Source: Klebsormidium nitens (taxonomy: Eukaryota > Plantae > Klebsormidiophyceae). Taken from it: a stretch of DNA of 64,000 nt. A program made the position numbers and the translations under genes. The stretch's first letter is position 1, and the number at the start of each line of letters is the position of its first letter. Below are positions 46,363-60,254 of the stretch, piece by piece. The stretch is from the NCBI GenBank assembly GCA_000708835.1, contig DF236978.1, positions 1-64,000 on the forward strand, written 5' to 3'. The notes under the pieces were generated by a model that ran no database searches, was not told where the DNA came from, and saw nothing but the letters and a program-made list of their open reading frames with translations.

Positions 46363-47766
46363 CTAGTAGTACCCGTTGCTTCTTCCGCACTCGCTCAACA
46401 TCAGAGTTTGACAGGGCTCAGTCACCGTCAATGCCTGCTCCTCAGCCTGGCTGAAGTGAGCCCTCCATGCCCGGTCCTCACAGAGGCGCACGCAAAGTTT
46501 GACGTATCTCAACATCTCCTTGTCCTGCAGACATCGGAGGAAGGGTGTTAAAAGCAAATCGACATATGCAAGAGCAACATAGCAACATCTCAAGAAGGGC
46601 CAAATACACAGCCGAGAAATCTGTAACCTCAAAATGGAACTCTTTGCCAATTGTTTTTGAACTCCGACAAGGACTTCCAACACAACTTGATCTCATTCTG
46701 GCCTCTTAAAAATGACTTGAGTTGATATTTTGGCTGAATCCCAAGGCTTTTGCTTCCTGTTCAAACAGCTAAAAGGGTTCAGAGCGCCAAAGCCTGAGGG
46801 TAACTAGTGCACTACGAGAACGCTGTTAGCTTGTGACACCTTGATGAGCAGCAAAGTAATTGAAACTCAAGTTGCAGAACCCCACTCTGCTGAGAGTTGC
46901 CCTTTCCTTTCTTGCAACTTATCTTTGTCTGAGACAGACAACGTGGCAATGTGGTGGACACATATTGCCAGAACAATAAAACTTCCAGACAAGCAGGACT
47001 GCTGCAATGATGCCACATTCTTTCTGCATTCTCCGTTCACACATTCGTAAGTCCACAGAAGATGGCACGTCGCACCGCCTACCTTCTGACTGCCTGGCAC
47101 GATGTTATGGATCTTCCTGACCGACTTCCACTCTGCAAGCATGCTCAAGAACCGCAGCCGAACTGGGGCCGAGCTGGTGCCAGGCTCCGCTGAGAAGGTC
47201 GCCCTCCTGGCAGCCTCAAACTGCCTGCGCTCTTCCAATGACAGCTGGCAGTCTGCATCGAGGTCACTGTCCAGTGCCTGCTGCTTGTCTGGGAAGCACT
47301 TGACGCTGTTCTCCTGAGCAAAGTTGCGCTCCGACATCCCAAACACAGGCTCTGCCCTGTAGGCATTGCTGAAATGCAAGCCTCCACCTGATGCTGGGGA
47401 CAAGTGTTGGGGTTGGGCAGTGGGGGTGTTAAGCGGGGGCCTTGAAAAGCTGCTACATTGGTAAAGGCTCTGCTCGGAGGAGAGAGCGCCAACGACTTGA
47501 GCTTCATACGTTATGTCTTCTAAAGGAAGTCTGACAGCATGGAAGGCTTGCGGGAAGGGCTCCTCGGTGCCGCGGATGTGCTGGCGTTTCGCAGCTTGCT
47601 GGAAAAGGGTTGCGCATTCAGTGTCGTCAAAAGCATACTTCCTCCTGCGCGTGCCGCCTGGGGCTTGGAGAATGTCCACAGCGTCGTTCATCTCACAGTC
47701 CATTGCGGGCCTGCTCGGATCTTCCGTGTGCAACGCGCGGCCAGACGCGCCCCTTTCAAATGACAC
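46363..47766 (-). CDS. Hypothetical protein (two-exon model, 281 aa)
   Basis: Long ORF from ATG 47766. Donor AAG|GTAGGC at 47083 and acceptor TGCAG|GAC at 46524 join in phase 0 (…HNIVPGSQK-DKEMLRYVKLCVRLCEDRAWRAHF…GYY*). No family recognised. Confidence 0.5.
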
Positions 47767-49273
47767 TCGAGCAGATTATCGCCAGGACCTAGATACACCA
47801 CCTCATTACCTACATGCTTCTCTTCCTCCCGCCAGCAGGGCCGTCACGGGCCACGGCGCCAGCTCTACCTACGGTACCCAGGTTTTTGAAATTGAAGTAG
47901 GTAGGTACTGTAGGTTACCAACAATTTCTGGCTGGTCTAGGTACGGTAAGCCAGTGTGCCCCAGCAGGACCTTTCCCGCGAAAAACCACGACTTGGGACC
48001 CGATGAGGAACCTGTCGAATTGCGTGTATAGCTACTAACCGCCAAAATCAACCTAGCCTCTAGGTATTCAATATCCCACCACCTGGTAGCAGGATTTCAC
48101 GGGCGGCTCCTTAACTCGAATTATATCAGTAACATGAGTGTCAGTGTCCTCTGGCTGGCATGTAGACGGGTTTCAAAATGTTCAGTAGATAGGTAATGGA
48201 GCCTTCAGGCTTGGCGGCAAGAACCGTTACCGTCTTGAGCCGGTATCGACGAAGAGGTGACAAGTGGCAATCGATCTCTACCAATGATGATGGCTTGCTG
48301 AGGTCATCGCGGTGACGCCACCGTTCGCAACTATTCGCAACCCAGTATGATCCATGCAGCTGTCAAGGTCAATGCGCCTCAAAATCCATTTCATTACGGA
48401 ATGTGGAGAGGGAGTCGTCCAGGGAGTCTTCGAGAGGGTCAATGCATGGGCTGCACATCACGGTTGGGACGACATTTGAACTCGAATCCTTGTTCAAGAA
48501 GAAAACTGAAAGATACCTTAGATCAGTTGATGCTGCTATAGGTAGAATTGAAGCTCACTTACAGAAATTTCAACCAAGCCAGTCCTCCTGCATTCTCAGA
48601 TTTCATCACCCAGTACCAATCCTTCTAGCAGATCTGTTTGTAACTGGTGTGCGAGGCGTGCGCATCTCGACTAATCATCGCAAGTTTTGAGGACGGAGCG
48701 GAGCGGGCACATATACGCAGCAGAAGAGGGCTCAGCTTGCAGACGGTTGCATATGGTCAGCCCACAGTGCATCCTTGACCTTTTGCTTACAGCTGCCTTC
48801 TTTTGTGCTTCATCAAGATTCTTCAGGACATGGTACTTGTTTTGACCTATGCCAATGTGATAATTTAAGAAACAGACGTGCCTTGTGCTAGTTGTTGACG
48901 ACCGAAGGACTCAAAGGTCCGCTTCAGTCTTAGTTGCAATATCGAAAGATCCCGAATCTTTGCCTATTCTTGGATCGCCAGAGGACTTTGGCCCCACTTT
49001 GGCTCACATGTCAAGATGGGCATTGACAGCACACCATTTTGGAATGGTCGATGTTTGGGCTTCTTGCAATCACCAACGTGCAAGTGAAGGAAGACACTCT
49101 TTTCTTACATAGCTTTCCTCGTTCATCTGGATGCCGCAGGCAAGAAAGAAACTAGATGATGGTGGCACTATCTGCATTTGGGTTAATCGGCCCGCTTCCA
49201 CAAGTCTCTGCCTAACTGCACTGCCTCAATAGCCTGACAGCTATTTGGACAATGAGCCCCCTTGCTTCTGCAG

Positions 49274-52200
49274 GCGGGCTCCTCAACCGGGGAGATTGTG
49301 GCGGTTTCCCAGCAGACCCGCTTCCATTCCTACAAACTGGAGTCCCTCTCCAAAGACATCGATCTCAAGGGGGTCCAGCTCTCCATCGGCGACCGGAAGC
49401 TCCTTACGGACGCTGAACTCAAGCTCTTGTCCGGCGTCCGCTACGGCCTCATTGGACGCAATGGGGTGGGCAAAACCTCCCTCCTGAAGGCCATCGGATA
49501 TGGGAACCTCGTCGGCCTACCCCAAAACATCAAGGCCTTGTACGTTGATCAGCTTGAGAGCACCGACACCGAAGCCCGTGTCATCGACGTTGTCTTGGCC
49601 AGCAACCATGCGCTGAAAATAGCAGAGAGGCAGGTGGGCCTCTTGTCGGAAGCGATCGAGAATGGTGACCCGGACACGGTGCTCCGGGTTTACCGCAGGG
49701 TTAGGCTTGACCAGCTGGTTGCAGAACGAGAGGAGGCGCAGAAAGTGGCGACAAAGAGGAGCGGGCAAAGGGGGCTCGAGGCGCGGGCTGCCCTGATCGA
49801 AGCAGAGGCACGAGAAAAGAAGGCGAGGGAGGAGCTGGCGAGGGGCACGGCTGACGTGAGTGACGAGGAGAAGGCCCGCGCAGTGATGTCAGCACAGGAG
49901 ATGCTGACAGTGGCGTTTGAGAGCCTGGAGCTGATGGATGCGGGGGCGGCTGAGGGGAAGGCGCGCAAGATCCTGAGGGGGCTGGGTTTTAGGGTGGAGA
50001 GACAAGATGGGCCGCTGCGGCTCTTGTCAGGTGCGTAATTTGCTTGCGTTTTTGCATGTTGGATCGCTCAAGTGTCGACATCTAGCACCAGGGGAGCCCA
50101 CAAAGTTTTAAAAAAAGTGGGCTGAATCCCCACGAACTCTTCAGCTTCATTGGGTGATCACATCTGAGCTCGCACCGACCCTTGGGGCCAGAATGCCGAT
50201 CCTCGGGGAGGGAGGTTCCTACCCTAAGCCTATTGCTTCGCAGCATTTCGAGGGTGGGGCTAACCGATAACAGAACTCCAAAAAAATATAGGGTCAGTGC
50301 GCACAGTATACAATGTTGACTTAGAACTGCAAAGATCTACCCGTCCGTTAGAGTGTCCCCAAATGTAAATATGACTAGAGTGGCTTTCCAGGGTCGGTGC
50401 GCACCCTTGGGGCCGGTTTGTCGACGTTCCAAAGGACCAGATGTGACCACCCTAGCAAGCGGAGCAATGCTTCATCTCTCGGTCTTGCTTTCTGCGTCAA
50501 GGGAGGCCTCCAACGCTCTCGCATCCGTGCGATTCAAAGCATTCGCCTGCTGAAGAGCACCACTCACGACCATGTTTTCTCCATTCAAAGTTTGCTGGTC
50601 ATGAACACTTCTTCGAACTTCCCCTCGAACTTCCAAGCCGAACCGATGTCCGAAGTCAAAATCTGCCTTGCCTTTCTTCAGGTGGGTGGAAGGTGCGTGC
50701 CGCGCTGGCCCAGGCCTTGTACGTGGAACCGGACCTCATCCTTTTGGACGAGCCCACAAACCATTTGGACCTGCCCGCCATCCTTTGGCTGCAGAACTAC
50801 CTGCAGTCGCTGGAGAACACAACGGTGGTCATCGTGTCCCACGACAGGGCCTTTCTGAACGCGACTGTGGACGAGATTATTGAGCTCAAAAAGGAGGCCC
50901 TGTTTTGCCACGTGGGCAACTTCGACGAGTTCGTGCAGAACGAGGCCGAGCGGCGCGGGCACATGGAGCGGCTCAAGGCGAACGACGACAGGAAGAGGTG
51001 AGGAAACGGTTCCTCTTGGAACGGAACGCCCGAAAGGAGTTGCCTGAGGACGTGTACGGTGCAGCAATGTCGTTCGGAGAGGTCCTCACGAGAGGTTTTC
51101 AATTATTACCTTTTTGGGTCGTGCATTGATGTGTTGTGCTGGATGCGATGAAAGATGAGATCTTGATGTGCGCCATATCGTATATCATGTACAAGCGCAG
51201 GTTGATCAGACGTCTTCGATGAGCAAGCATGTTCCACACGAGTTGCCAGATAGGCATTAAACCCGCACGCTCAAAGTCTTGCATCATTGAATGCCAAACT
51301 TTCAAGATTCAATACTTGGCTGCGGTTTCTGCCTAGATAACCTATCACAACATGGCCCCAGATTGGCCTTCTAAACTCTTTCCGCTTATGCCTCCGCTGT
51401 CGACTGCCAGGGCGACCATCCAGAAGACAATCCAAGAGAACATCCGGCACGCTGCGCGCAGCGGGGACGACAAGAAGTTGAACCAGGTCGCGTCCCGCAA
51501 GAAAAAACTAGAGCGGCTGGGCCTGGAGGCGAACTCCAAGGGCCACAAGTTTAAGCTCAACCGGGACCGCCCTGGGTACCATAATAGCGTCCGAGACGAG
51601 ATCGTGGTCGACCGGGAGGATCCCCCGGTCACCTGGAAGTTCCCTGAGCCGCCCGAACTGCGGCACCACGGGCCGGTGGTAGCGCTGGAGGGAGTCGGGT
51701 TTGGGTACGAGAGAGGTGAGGCCCAGGAAGCTCTGATCGGCTTTTTTGCGGCTGGTTCGGTCTTTTAAATGGACACTGCCAAGGACGTTCGAAATCACTG
51801 CCTGTGGGTACTGACTTCTTGTTTGCCAACGATTGTTTTTGCAGGTTTTTCTGGTGTTTCTTAGCAAACCTTTGAGATATGAGGAGGAAGTTCGGGTGGG
51901 TGGAGGCCCCTGCTGTGTGGTGACGGCTAGTTTGGATTTGGTTTGCAGCGAGCTTATTCAAGCGAACCTAACTTTCGAGCTCTTTTTAGCATACTGAGTA
52001 GCTCAAGTGCCAACCTGCTCTGCAAGCTCCGGAATGGAATGGTTTGGATACGCTCCCTGAATCCAAAGAACGAAGCCTCTCAATATGAACAGTCGACCGC
52101 TATCAAATAGGCGTTGGATTTGCCGGAAGTGAGTTCAAGTGGTTCTTACCTGTGCTCCTTTCACCCCCTCGTTCTGCGACAGGGCTGGTAGCTTTTGCTT

Positions 52201-53032
52201 AAGGATTTGATTGATACGGACCTTCGCTGAGCCCTGTGGAGAAGTTGACAACAAGAGGAGGCGTCCTGTATCGCAGTCCGTTGCGAAAAAGAAAGAAGGG
52301 CTCGTTTTCTGTTGTGTCCGACTCAGGCTTCGTACCGGAAGTCTCGAAACTCGAAGAGGAGACGGTTCACAAAAAGTCACCAATCCATTTTAAGTTCTGA
52401 TGACAGGTGGAAAGAAAATCTTGAAAGACGTCACCCTCAACATCGAGCTGGGCGAGCGCGTTGCCCTCCTCGGCGCGAACGGCGCGGGCAAGACGACTCT
52501 CGTCAAACTAGTTCTCGGGCTGTTGTTCCCCGACGCTGGGACCGTCACGCGGCCGCCCCAGGTGAAGGTCGGGTACTACTCCCAGAACCACGTGGAGGTT
52601 CTGCGCGCCGAGCATGGCGCGCGGTGCGCGCTCGCGCACTTCAAGGAGGCCTTCCCCGGCGAGGGCGAGCAGGAGCTGCGCGCGCACTTGGGCGCGTTCG
52701 GGATCAAGGGCGCGCTCGCGACGCAGCCGATCGCGTCGCTGTCGGGGGGGCAGACGGTGCGCGTGGCGCTCGCGCACGCCGTGCATTCGCACCCCCACTT
52801 TCTGGTGTTGGACGAGCCGTCGAATCACCTGGACGCGGAGACGGTCGAGGCGCTCGTCGAGAGTCTGCGCGAGTTTGCGGGCGCGGTTCTTCTGGTGACG
52901 CACGACCAATATGTTGTGGAACAGGTGGCGACGACGACGTTCCTGGTGCAGAGGACCAAGCTGCAGCGGTTGGAACACGGGATCGCAGATTACAAGAAGA
53001 TGCTGGCTAAGAAGGTTGACGCGCTGCTGTAG
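49274..53032 (+). CDS. ABC-F family ATPase (two NBDs, no membrane domain); first exon/start unresolved
   Basis: Exons 49274-50030, 50682-50997, 51411-51715, 52407-53032. NBD1: GRNGVGKT, LSGGW, LLDEPTNHLD, VSHDR. NBD2: GANGAGKT, LSGGQ, VLDEPSNHLD, VTHD. Possible ATG-only first exons at 48753-55 or 48830-32. Confidence 0.88.
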
Positions 53033-54710
53033 GAATGCCTGAGCGGCGGGCTTCAGAATGTCGGTGAATCGTGTCTGGTAGGGAAAGTGCTATATGCAGG
53101 CGATAGTTATGGCTGCGCGGATGCGTTGGGTACAGTCAAAAGTGCTTGCTGAAACGTTGACTTCCAGACGACTTGGGGTGTATTCTACACAAATAGGTGG
53201 CTCCGACTTCGGGCTTCGGGCGAGTCAAAAGTCCTCTTGTAACATAACGCATAGAAAAGGCGCACGCGACGTACTGATCCTTTGCAAGAATGTAAGACAG
53301 TCGCATCTGTTGAGGGAATTCCGGTTACAGCTTCGCCGCCTGTGGCTTTAGTAGAGCAGCGGTTCCTGCGTAAAATCCGTAGCCGAACCCCTCGTAGTCG
53401 TCTGAACCGTCTATCAGGCCGTATACTTCGTAGTCTCGGATCATGAAGCATCGGGTCTATCAGCATTTGAAGGCGCCAGCCTGCGAACGCGGGCTGGCTC
53501 TCCGTACGGACCGTCTGTAGCACGCGGTCAGTTCACTACAGCAGATCCGATAAGCGACGACGGTTGTATGCGCTTGCTCGGCTGCCGCCGCCTATAGGGT
53601 ATATGACATGTGTTGGCACTCATGTGTTTCAAATGTGAGATACGGATTCGATCGACGCATTCCAAGTCGATCATGCTCCGTCGTGACACTTTTTAATTGG
53701 ACGTCCCTATATAGCCACGGACGGTCGGTTATATACACTTAAACGGAGGCGTATATAGCAGCTCTAGCATGTGCACGAAAAGAATTATATCGTCCTTCCG
53801 ACGTGCTATAGCTCTGCAGGCGCTATCAGTATTAGCATATATCATGCCATGTGCAGCATCATCGACTCATACATGTATGCCATGAGAAGCCTATGGCCTA
53901 TTTGGCTACGGCGAGAACGAAAAGAGACCATCGACCGTAATCCTTTTCCGAAGTTCAGCTCTTAACCACTGCACTCATGTGGCGAGCTAGGCTAGTCGAT
54001 CATGTGCATGCAGTGCCAGATCTAGCTCCTCGCTGACTGACGTGTCGCCCGGACCGTTGTACAAGTGGAACGTGGATGATATCGCGACCAACTGGAAGGC
54101 TAGTATATACATATTGCACTGCACGCACACAGTGAGCTAGTCGATAGCCACCGCCCATTGCGTATGCTGTAGCTGGGCCACGCACGTCATGGTGTGGGTG
54201 CGCATATGCAGTGACGCTGGAACCGGTATGCGGGCCAGAGTGCCATCTCAGGCTTGCACATCGAATACTGAGGCGGGTTGTTTAAGTCAAAGCTCTTGCC
54301 AGCTCTGAGGGCCTCATGCGCCGCTCAAAGTTAAAACGACCAAATACCCCCTGTTACCCTGACCGGTGGCACGAGAGCTGACCTGCTTCTCCAACTTTTT
54401 CTCTGAACTGCTTTGAGCTACGAAGATCTGGTGCAGACAAAAGAACCATCTGCCTAGTATTAGACTCCGTTTGACTGCTTGTATCATCCTGCATAACGCT
54501 CAAGTTAGTTCCTCAACTGGATGCCCTGGTTCGTCTGGCCTGTCGGCGGGTGTATTCCGAAAATCGTTGTTGACACGCTTCTTAGCCAAGGAAAGTAAAG
54601 CTCAAACGGTTCCACTGTAAAGCTGTGCGGAGTCCTCGCCCACAAATGTGGCTGACAGCTACAAAGCGACCATAGACAGCACAACCGTTTGCCAGGCTTA
54701 GTTATGCTAG

Positions 54711-57700
54711 TTAGTCGACCTGCACCATTGACACTACCCTCTGGTTTTGGATCCTCTGCATGACTACCACGTTGTCCCTTTCTTGACACAGACCGAGTGA
54801 TTTGCCGAAGTCGATGGCGACTCCCAGTGCCGACTTGTTAGCGTCTATGGTCGCCGGGTCGGCGAGAACGGGGATCACCCCGTAGGACAGGAGCGTCTGC
54901 CGAGCCTGGTTGAGCAAACAGCAGCGCGCGTGAGATTGACAAGAAATCATTTCAATGGTCTAAGGACGGGGAATCGGTACCGGTATTTGAACATTGGAAA
55001 GCCCGAGCAAGCGGACAAAAGGAGCCCACACAGTCTCGATGTTGGAGCGAACTGTGAATGTGTCAAGAGAGTGCACCGAAGCTCCGGCCAACCAAATCAG
55101 GCTCGTAAACTGTTTGGACCTTAGCTTTTGGGGTGAGTCCCATGTGAGGAAGCCCGCACCCAAGCGCTCTTGCTGCTTACAGCCTAGTCGATGCTAGTCC
55201 CATACGTCGTTGCATCGAGCTTGTACTATACGGAGCCACACAAGCATCTTTTGAATGCACAGAAACACACTGGCACACACCAACCCATACATTCCAGTCT
55301 GCGTCAGCTTTGTTGACAAGAAGACAGACTCAACATTTGTTTACGGCGTACCTTATGCGTGCCAGAGGCCCACCACCGCATTGTGCGGCGGTCGATCCCG
55401 AGCGTCGGCAGCTGCACTGACAAGATGGGCACCTTGGACCGGAAGACCGCCGCATAGCGTGGCGTGCTGCCCAGCGTCGTGATGGCGATGATAAGGGCGG
55501 CGCCCGTCTTGTTGGCTGCTTGGACCTGGACGGGAGAATCTTGGGTTTCGTCATGCGATTTTCAAGAGAGAATGCTTGGCAGCGTGAGAGTCTTGACTTT
55601 GGGATGCGAGTGATCGAGCCCAAACAGAACCGAACCCAGTTTCCTGTACTTTCAATGATGTTGACAGCCCGGATTCCAACGATTGGATAACAGCCAGGGA
55701 AAAAAACGAGTCCCATTGCCAAGCAACGTTCTGAAGGAGCCGCGGACGACCTGATTCAAGAATAAGAGCGACGTAATGGTTCAATGCACTCGTTCGTCCT
55801 TCAAAATGTGCAGTAGAAGATTCACTGCTAGTACTCAAGCTTTAGGTTCGGAGCGAGAGTAAGTATCACGGCCGAAAGGACAGGGGAGTCGTATCAGACT
55901 CGCTATATCCGTATAAAACCACTTCGTTTAAATCCTCTATGTCTCCAACATTTGTCTCCCTCTGCAAAAGCCACGTTGTTTTTAGAACGCCAGCGATGGT
56001 TCAAGCGTACTGTCCGCGGTGTTACTTAGTCCGGAAGGAGATCTTAAAGGTTGTTCCTCCCTCCAGTCAAGTTCAGCGTCTGCGACTTTGCAGAAGCACG
56101 CCGGTCTCCAGCACGCCAGTAACAGAAAGACGTTCTGATGACGACAACAGAAATACTTATGATGATCGAATATGATTGAACGGTGCAACCCACCGCAGAG
56201 GAGGCGATGGCCATCTGGCGCGGCATGGGCGAGGGCAGCTCCTTGAGCATAACTTTGAAGTGGTGCCCGTTGTTGTACACCATCTCCGCCTCGCGCGCAA
56301 TCGCCAGCACCGTGCGCGCCGCCTCCACCGGGAACTGGCCCCGCACCGTCTCCGCACCCAGCAAAATGCAGTCCACGCCTGCGCGCACCAAGAGCCGTTG
56401 CTTAACACAGCTTCGCTAGATGTACTTATTTAGGAGGACCGTACTGCTTTTTCATTTCGGCAGAAGAAATTTATCAGGTGCCCTGCCGAGCGTCAGTGGT
56501 CAATACCAGTATGTTTTAGCAGGTTACACTAGGTCTGCCGAAAAGATAGAAAGTTTCTTAAGTTTCAAAGGTTTCATTTCGGCGTCGAAGGTGCCGAAAT
56601 CAGATAACAATACAGTATTTCACCCACAACCCTCTTGTCACAGGGGTTGGACTTTCTGCTTCGAAGTAGGTGGTGAACCTTCGAGACGCTGTTCACGTCT
56701 TCACCAAACAATTTCCGTTCCTGCCGTTCTTTCGGAATGCGCTGCTTTGTTTCTAAAAAGAGCTCCGCCTGTCGAAGCTTGCGGATCAACGTGCTCTCGT
56801 CGAGACCAGGCCTCCGCACGAAGGTGAAAAATACATTCACAAACACGAGGTCAGACGTCACGAGGGCCACTGACCGTCGAGCACGGCGTTTGCGACGTCG
56901 GTCGCCTCGGCGCGCGTGGGGCGCGGCCACTGCTGCATGGTGTCCATGACGCGCGTGATGATGGCCGGCTTGGCGGACACGTTGCACTGGTGGAGCACGT
57001 ACTTCTGGATGGGGTTCAACTGCACGACGCGGAATCAGAATGTGAGAAAATGCACAGAGGGCGGACGGCTGTGTCTCGCTTTTGGTTGCGGTACTCCGGG
57101 CCGTCTTTGAGCTGTTCAAAGACTTGCATCTTGTTGAGGCTCACTCTCAGGCGATGAAAGTGGAGACTTTTTCGTTCAGGTTCTGAGTTCTACATACTTT
57201 AGCACAGAATGAGTCTAGAATGGCGATCGGGTAAGGAGTTCTGCCAATCGACCGAGTTTACTAAGAGGAGATTGAAAGGTGCAACTGAATGTCAAAAAGC
57301 TTTTCCATGGCACTGAGTACTCGTCAGGAAAAGCAGGGTGAATGGATGTTAACAGCAGAATTGGATACTCGACAGCCTTACCACAGATCAGACAGTTGTT
57401 CGTAAAGGGCAATTTGGAAAGCGGATTGCAGTCGTCAGTTAGCACAATAAGAAATATTTACTAGGCCGGGCCCGAACCTTTTCGACTGGAATTGACGACC
57501 CCAGGTCCCCCCTTGAGACCATGATGGCGTCAGCCTCCTTGAGGATCTCGTCGAAGTTCTCCAGGCCTTGCCTGCGGAAGGAGAAAAAGACTTGATGACA
57601 CAATATTAACACCTCGGCAACCAGACCTGGAATCGTACGCAGTCGCAAATCTCTGCTAAGATTAGTTCAATTTGTGCATTAGATTCGATATTTGTCAACA

Positions 57701-60254
57701 AGAGACATTGAATCTCAGATTGGGTACGTTCCTGTCGATCTTCGATCGACGATGTTTTATCAGAGACTAAACGCTTGCCACCCAGCAAACCGAGAGCGCC
57801 CATCATAGACAATCACAATTTGGGCGTCAAAGAGTCGACAATCCTGTATACTAACTTTTGAAACGGTGCTTCGAGTCTTACTTGCTCTCGACCTTCGCAA
57901 TGATCTGCACTTCCTGCATGTAGTTCGTCCCTTTCAGGAACTTCCGCAGCTGCAGGCATATGAAAAGAGTTACAACCGGCGCGCAACGGCCCTGGTGTGA
58001 CAAAGCTGCAAACGTGAACGAAACAGGACCCCCGCCACTCACATATCTCTGCACCCCGATCAGTTGTCGAAACACGCCGCAACAACAGTCAAAGGATAAA
58101 GGGGAAAAGCTAAGCAGCGAAGTCAGCCGATGCCGACAGTCACGTAGAACCTGCTAGCTCCGTCCTTTTTGGAAACGCGAGCAGTCCAGCAACTCGACGC
58201 AAACCTGTGAGTGGGACGGTCACCGACATGCGCAGCTGGCAACATGGATGTGGAACACACCACCGGGAAGACCTGGTTCTAAATAAGGACAACGTCTTTT
58301 CGGATGTATGCGTGAGGTGTCTGAATGTGCTCACTTCTGTGACGTCCTCCCCGCTCCGTGTGCACGACAGGGACACGAAGTCCACCAAGTTCGGCTCGTC
58401 CCACCTCCGAAGCTCCTACGATGGAAAAAATAGCAAGTGCTTGGATCAATATCCAGCTTGCCTGCCTGCTTCTACTTCTCGTTCTTCGGGATGGCAGTAC
58501 ACGGGGTCAGGACGTGCTCTGCTGTCAAAGTCGCCGGAAGACAATTTCTCGTTTGCAGGGAATCATTCGGGTGAGGACTGACAAGAGCTGCTGCCCTCTT
58601 GTCGAAGTCTGAGCTCATCTCTACGAGCACACCGCCTCTGTCTTTTCAAGCGAAGCGGAGCCCTGCAAAGACTGCTGCTGTCCATTTCCAGTGTCAGGCA
58701 ACGAAAGCGGCACTGCTTGCCTGCAGATTGCCCATGTTGCCATCGAGCCCCGTGGGAAAAAACCCTTCCGTAATGTATGATCTCAAGCTTTGTCGTACGA
58801 AAAGAAGCTATCAATCAGCGCACCTTATAATCTGCCTCCTGCATGGTTGGAATGCAGTCCCTTGTGGCATTCACGATCATGCAGGTGACTTTCCCCACTA
58901 GAGTGGCTGGCTCGATGCACGTGCACTGGACTGCATCGCCCTCTTGTTTAACGACCTGCATCCACCAAATGCCCCAAGTGATAAGCAATTACTTTATCAG
59001 GTGCAGAAGGGTTCGAGCAGTAGCCCGACCCCAGCATACGTCGACTGCGTCTTTCTCGCCCCAACAAATGCGGCCACACAGAATTTCTCGAACCTTGACA
59101 AGAGTTGAGGTTTCGTTCCTGACTACAAATACTCAGCTACCCGAGCAAAGAGTTTGTGCGTATTTTCCAGAGAGCCAAACAGGTCGAAGAGTAGCGGTGG
59201 TATATCGCTTGAGTTGCATCAGGAAGGAAACAACAAAAACAACCGGCTCTCAGTCAGGTCGGAAGAGCTCACCTGAAGTACTGCAGATGCATCGTCGCTT
59301 CCACTCGCAAGATACTTTCCAATCACAATCTTTTCACCGGGGTTGACGCACCTGCAGAGACGACCAATTGTCGAGTTGACACCCTTAATTCCGAAACCGG
59401 GGGTCGCAGAGGACGTTCTGGGGCTTTCCTGAGAGTTTCAAAGGGTAGCCAGGGCGAAGCCCAAAGGCTCTGACTGATGCCAAAAGCTACTGTGCCCTCG
59501 ACAAAGCAGGGCGTTTCGATCCCCCTTCTCACTTCTGAATCGCTTGATTTCAACGTTTTGAAAGAATATGAGATCGACAGTAAGAGTGGAAGCCTGAAGC
59601 TTACTTGACGACTCTTGGGTCCGAGATTGGCAGCACTTCGGGCGAGGCCGCTCTGTTGGGGTCTGCTACTAGCAGAACCTGCGAGCCAGCTGTAAGCTCC
59701 ACCTGCTCCCCTTCTTTCAACAGGACCGTTGACGTTGGACCATTCGTGTCCACGATTGTCTGCATCAAAGTCGAAAGGCAAGTTTGTTGCAGATTCAAAA
59801 GTGATGTCTTGGAGATAATTCATTGCCACTTCGCTTGGTGGGAGGGGTATTTAGTTGCAGACAGAATAAGGCAAGTTAAGCTCCGAAGGTGCACTTCAGA
59901 GTCAAACGAAGAAGGCACATCTTGAATGGAAAAAGGCATGCACCCAATAGCTGCCCATTCTGTTTGCGGATGTTCTGTGTTCCACAACACCCTGACGGCA
60001 ACTCTCTGATTCAGAAGCGTTAGAACCTCTCAGCAAGCTTCAGGGAAACTCACCGTCACCATCTTGCCGGTCTTTCTTACAGCGGCCGCCAAGTTCTTGA
60101 CCGCTTCATCATAAGCGGCCCGGTCTCCGATGGTGAAGTCCAAGCGGACAGCTGTCATGCCGGCGTGGATGAGGGCCGTCAGCAGCTCTGTGGAGCAGTT
60201 GGCCGGGCTGATAGTGCAGATGAGCTTGGTGCCGACTCGATCCCGTAGGTCAGT
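54711..60254 (-). CDS. PK: Pyruvate kinase, plant cytosolic subgroup-2-like, divergent; first exon unresolved
   Basis: Exons (minus) 60254-60054, 59759-59605, 59351-59273, 58955-58824, 58415-58335, 57949-57882, 57571-57478, 57019-56875, 56378-56194, 55525-55352, 54905-54711. Motifs: [78 protein letters not shown]. Confidence 0.88.

Noticed and set aside
52508-52978. Long antisense/alternate-frame ORFs over GC-rich exons (also at 10908-11225, 11578-11913, 36815-37237)
   Set aside because: Shadow ORFs caused by high-GC codon usage of the real genes, with no independent motifs.
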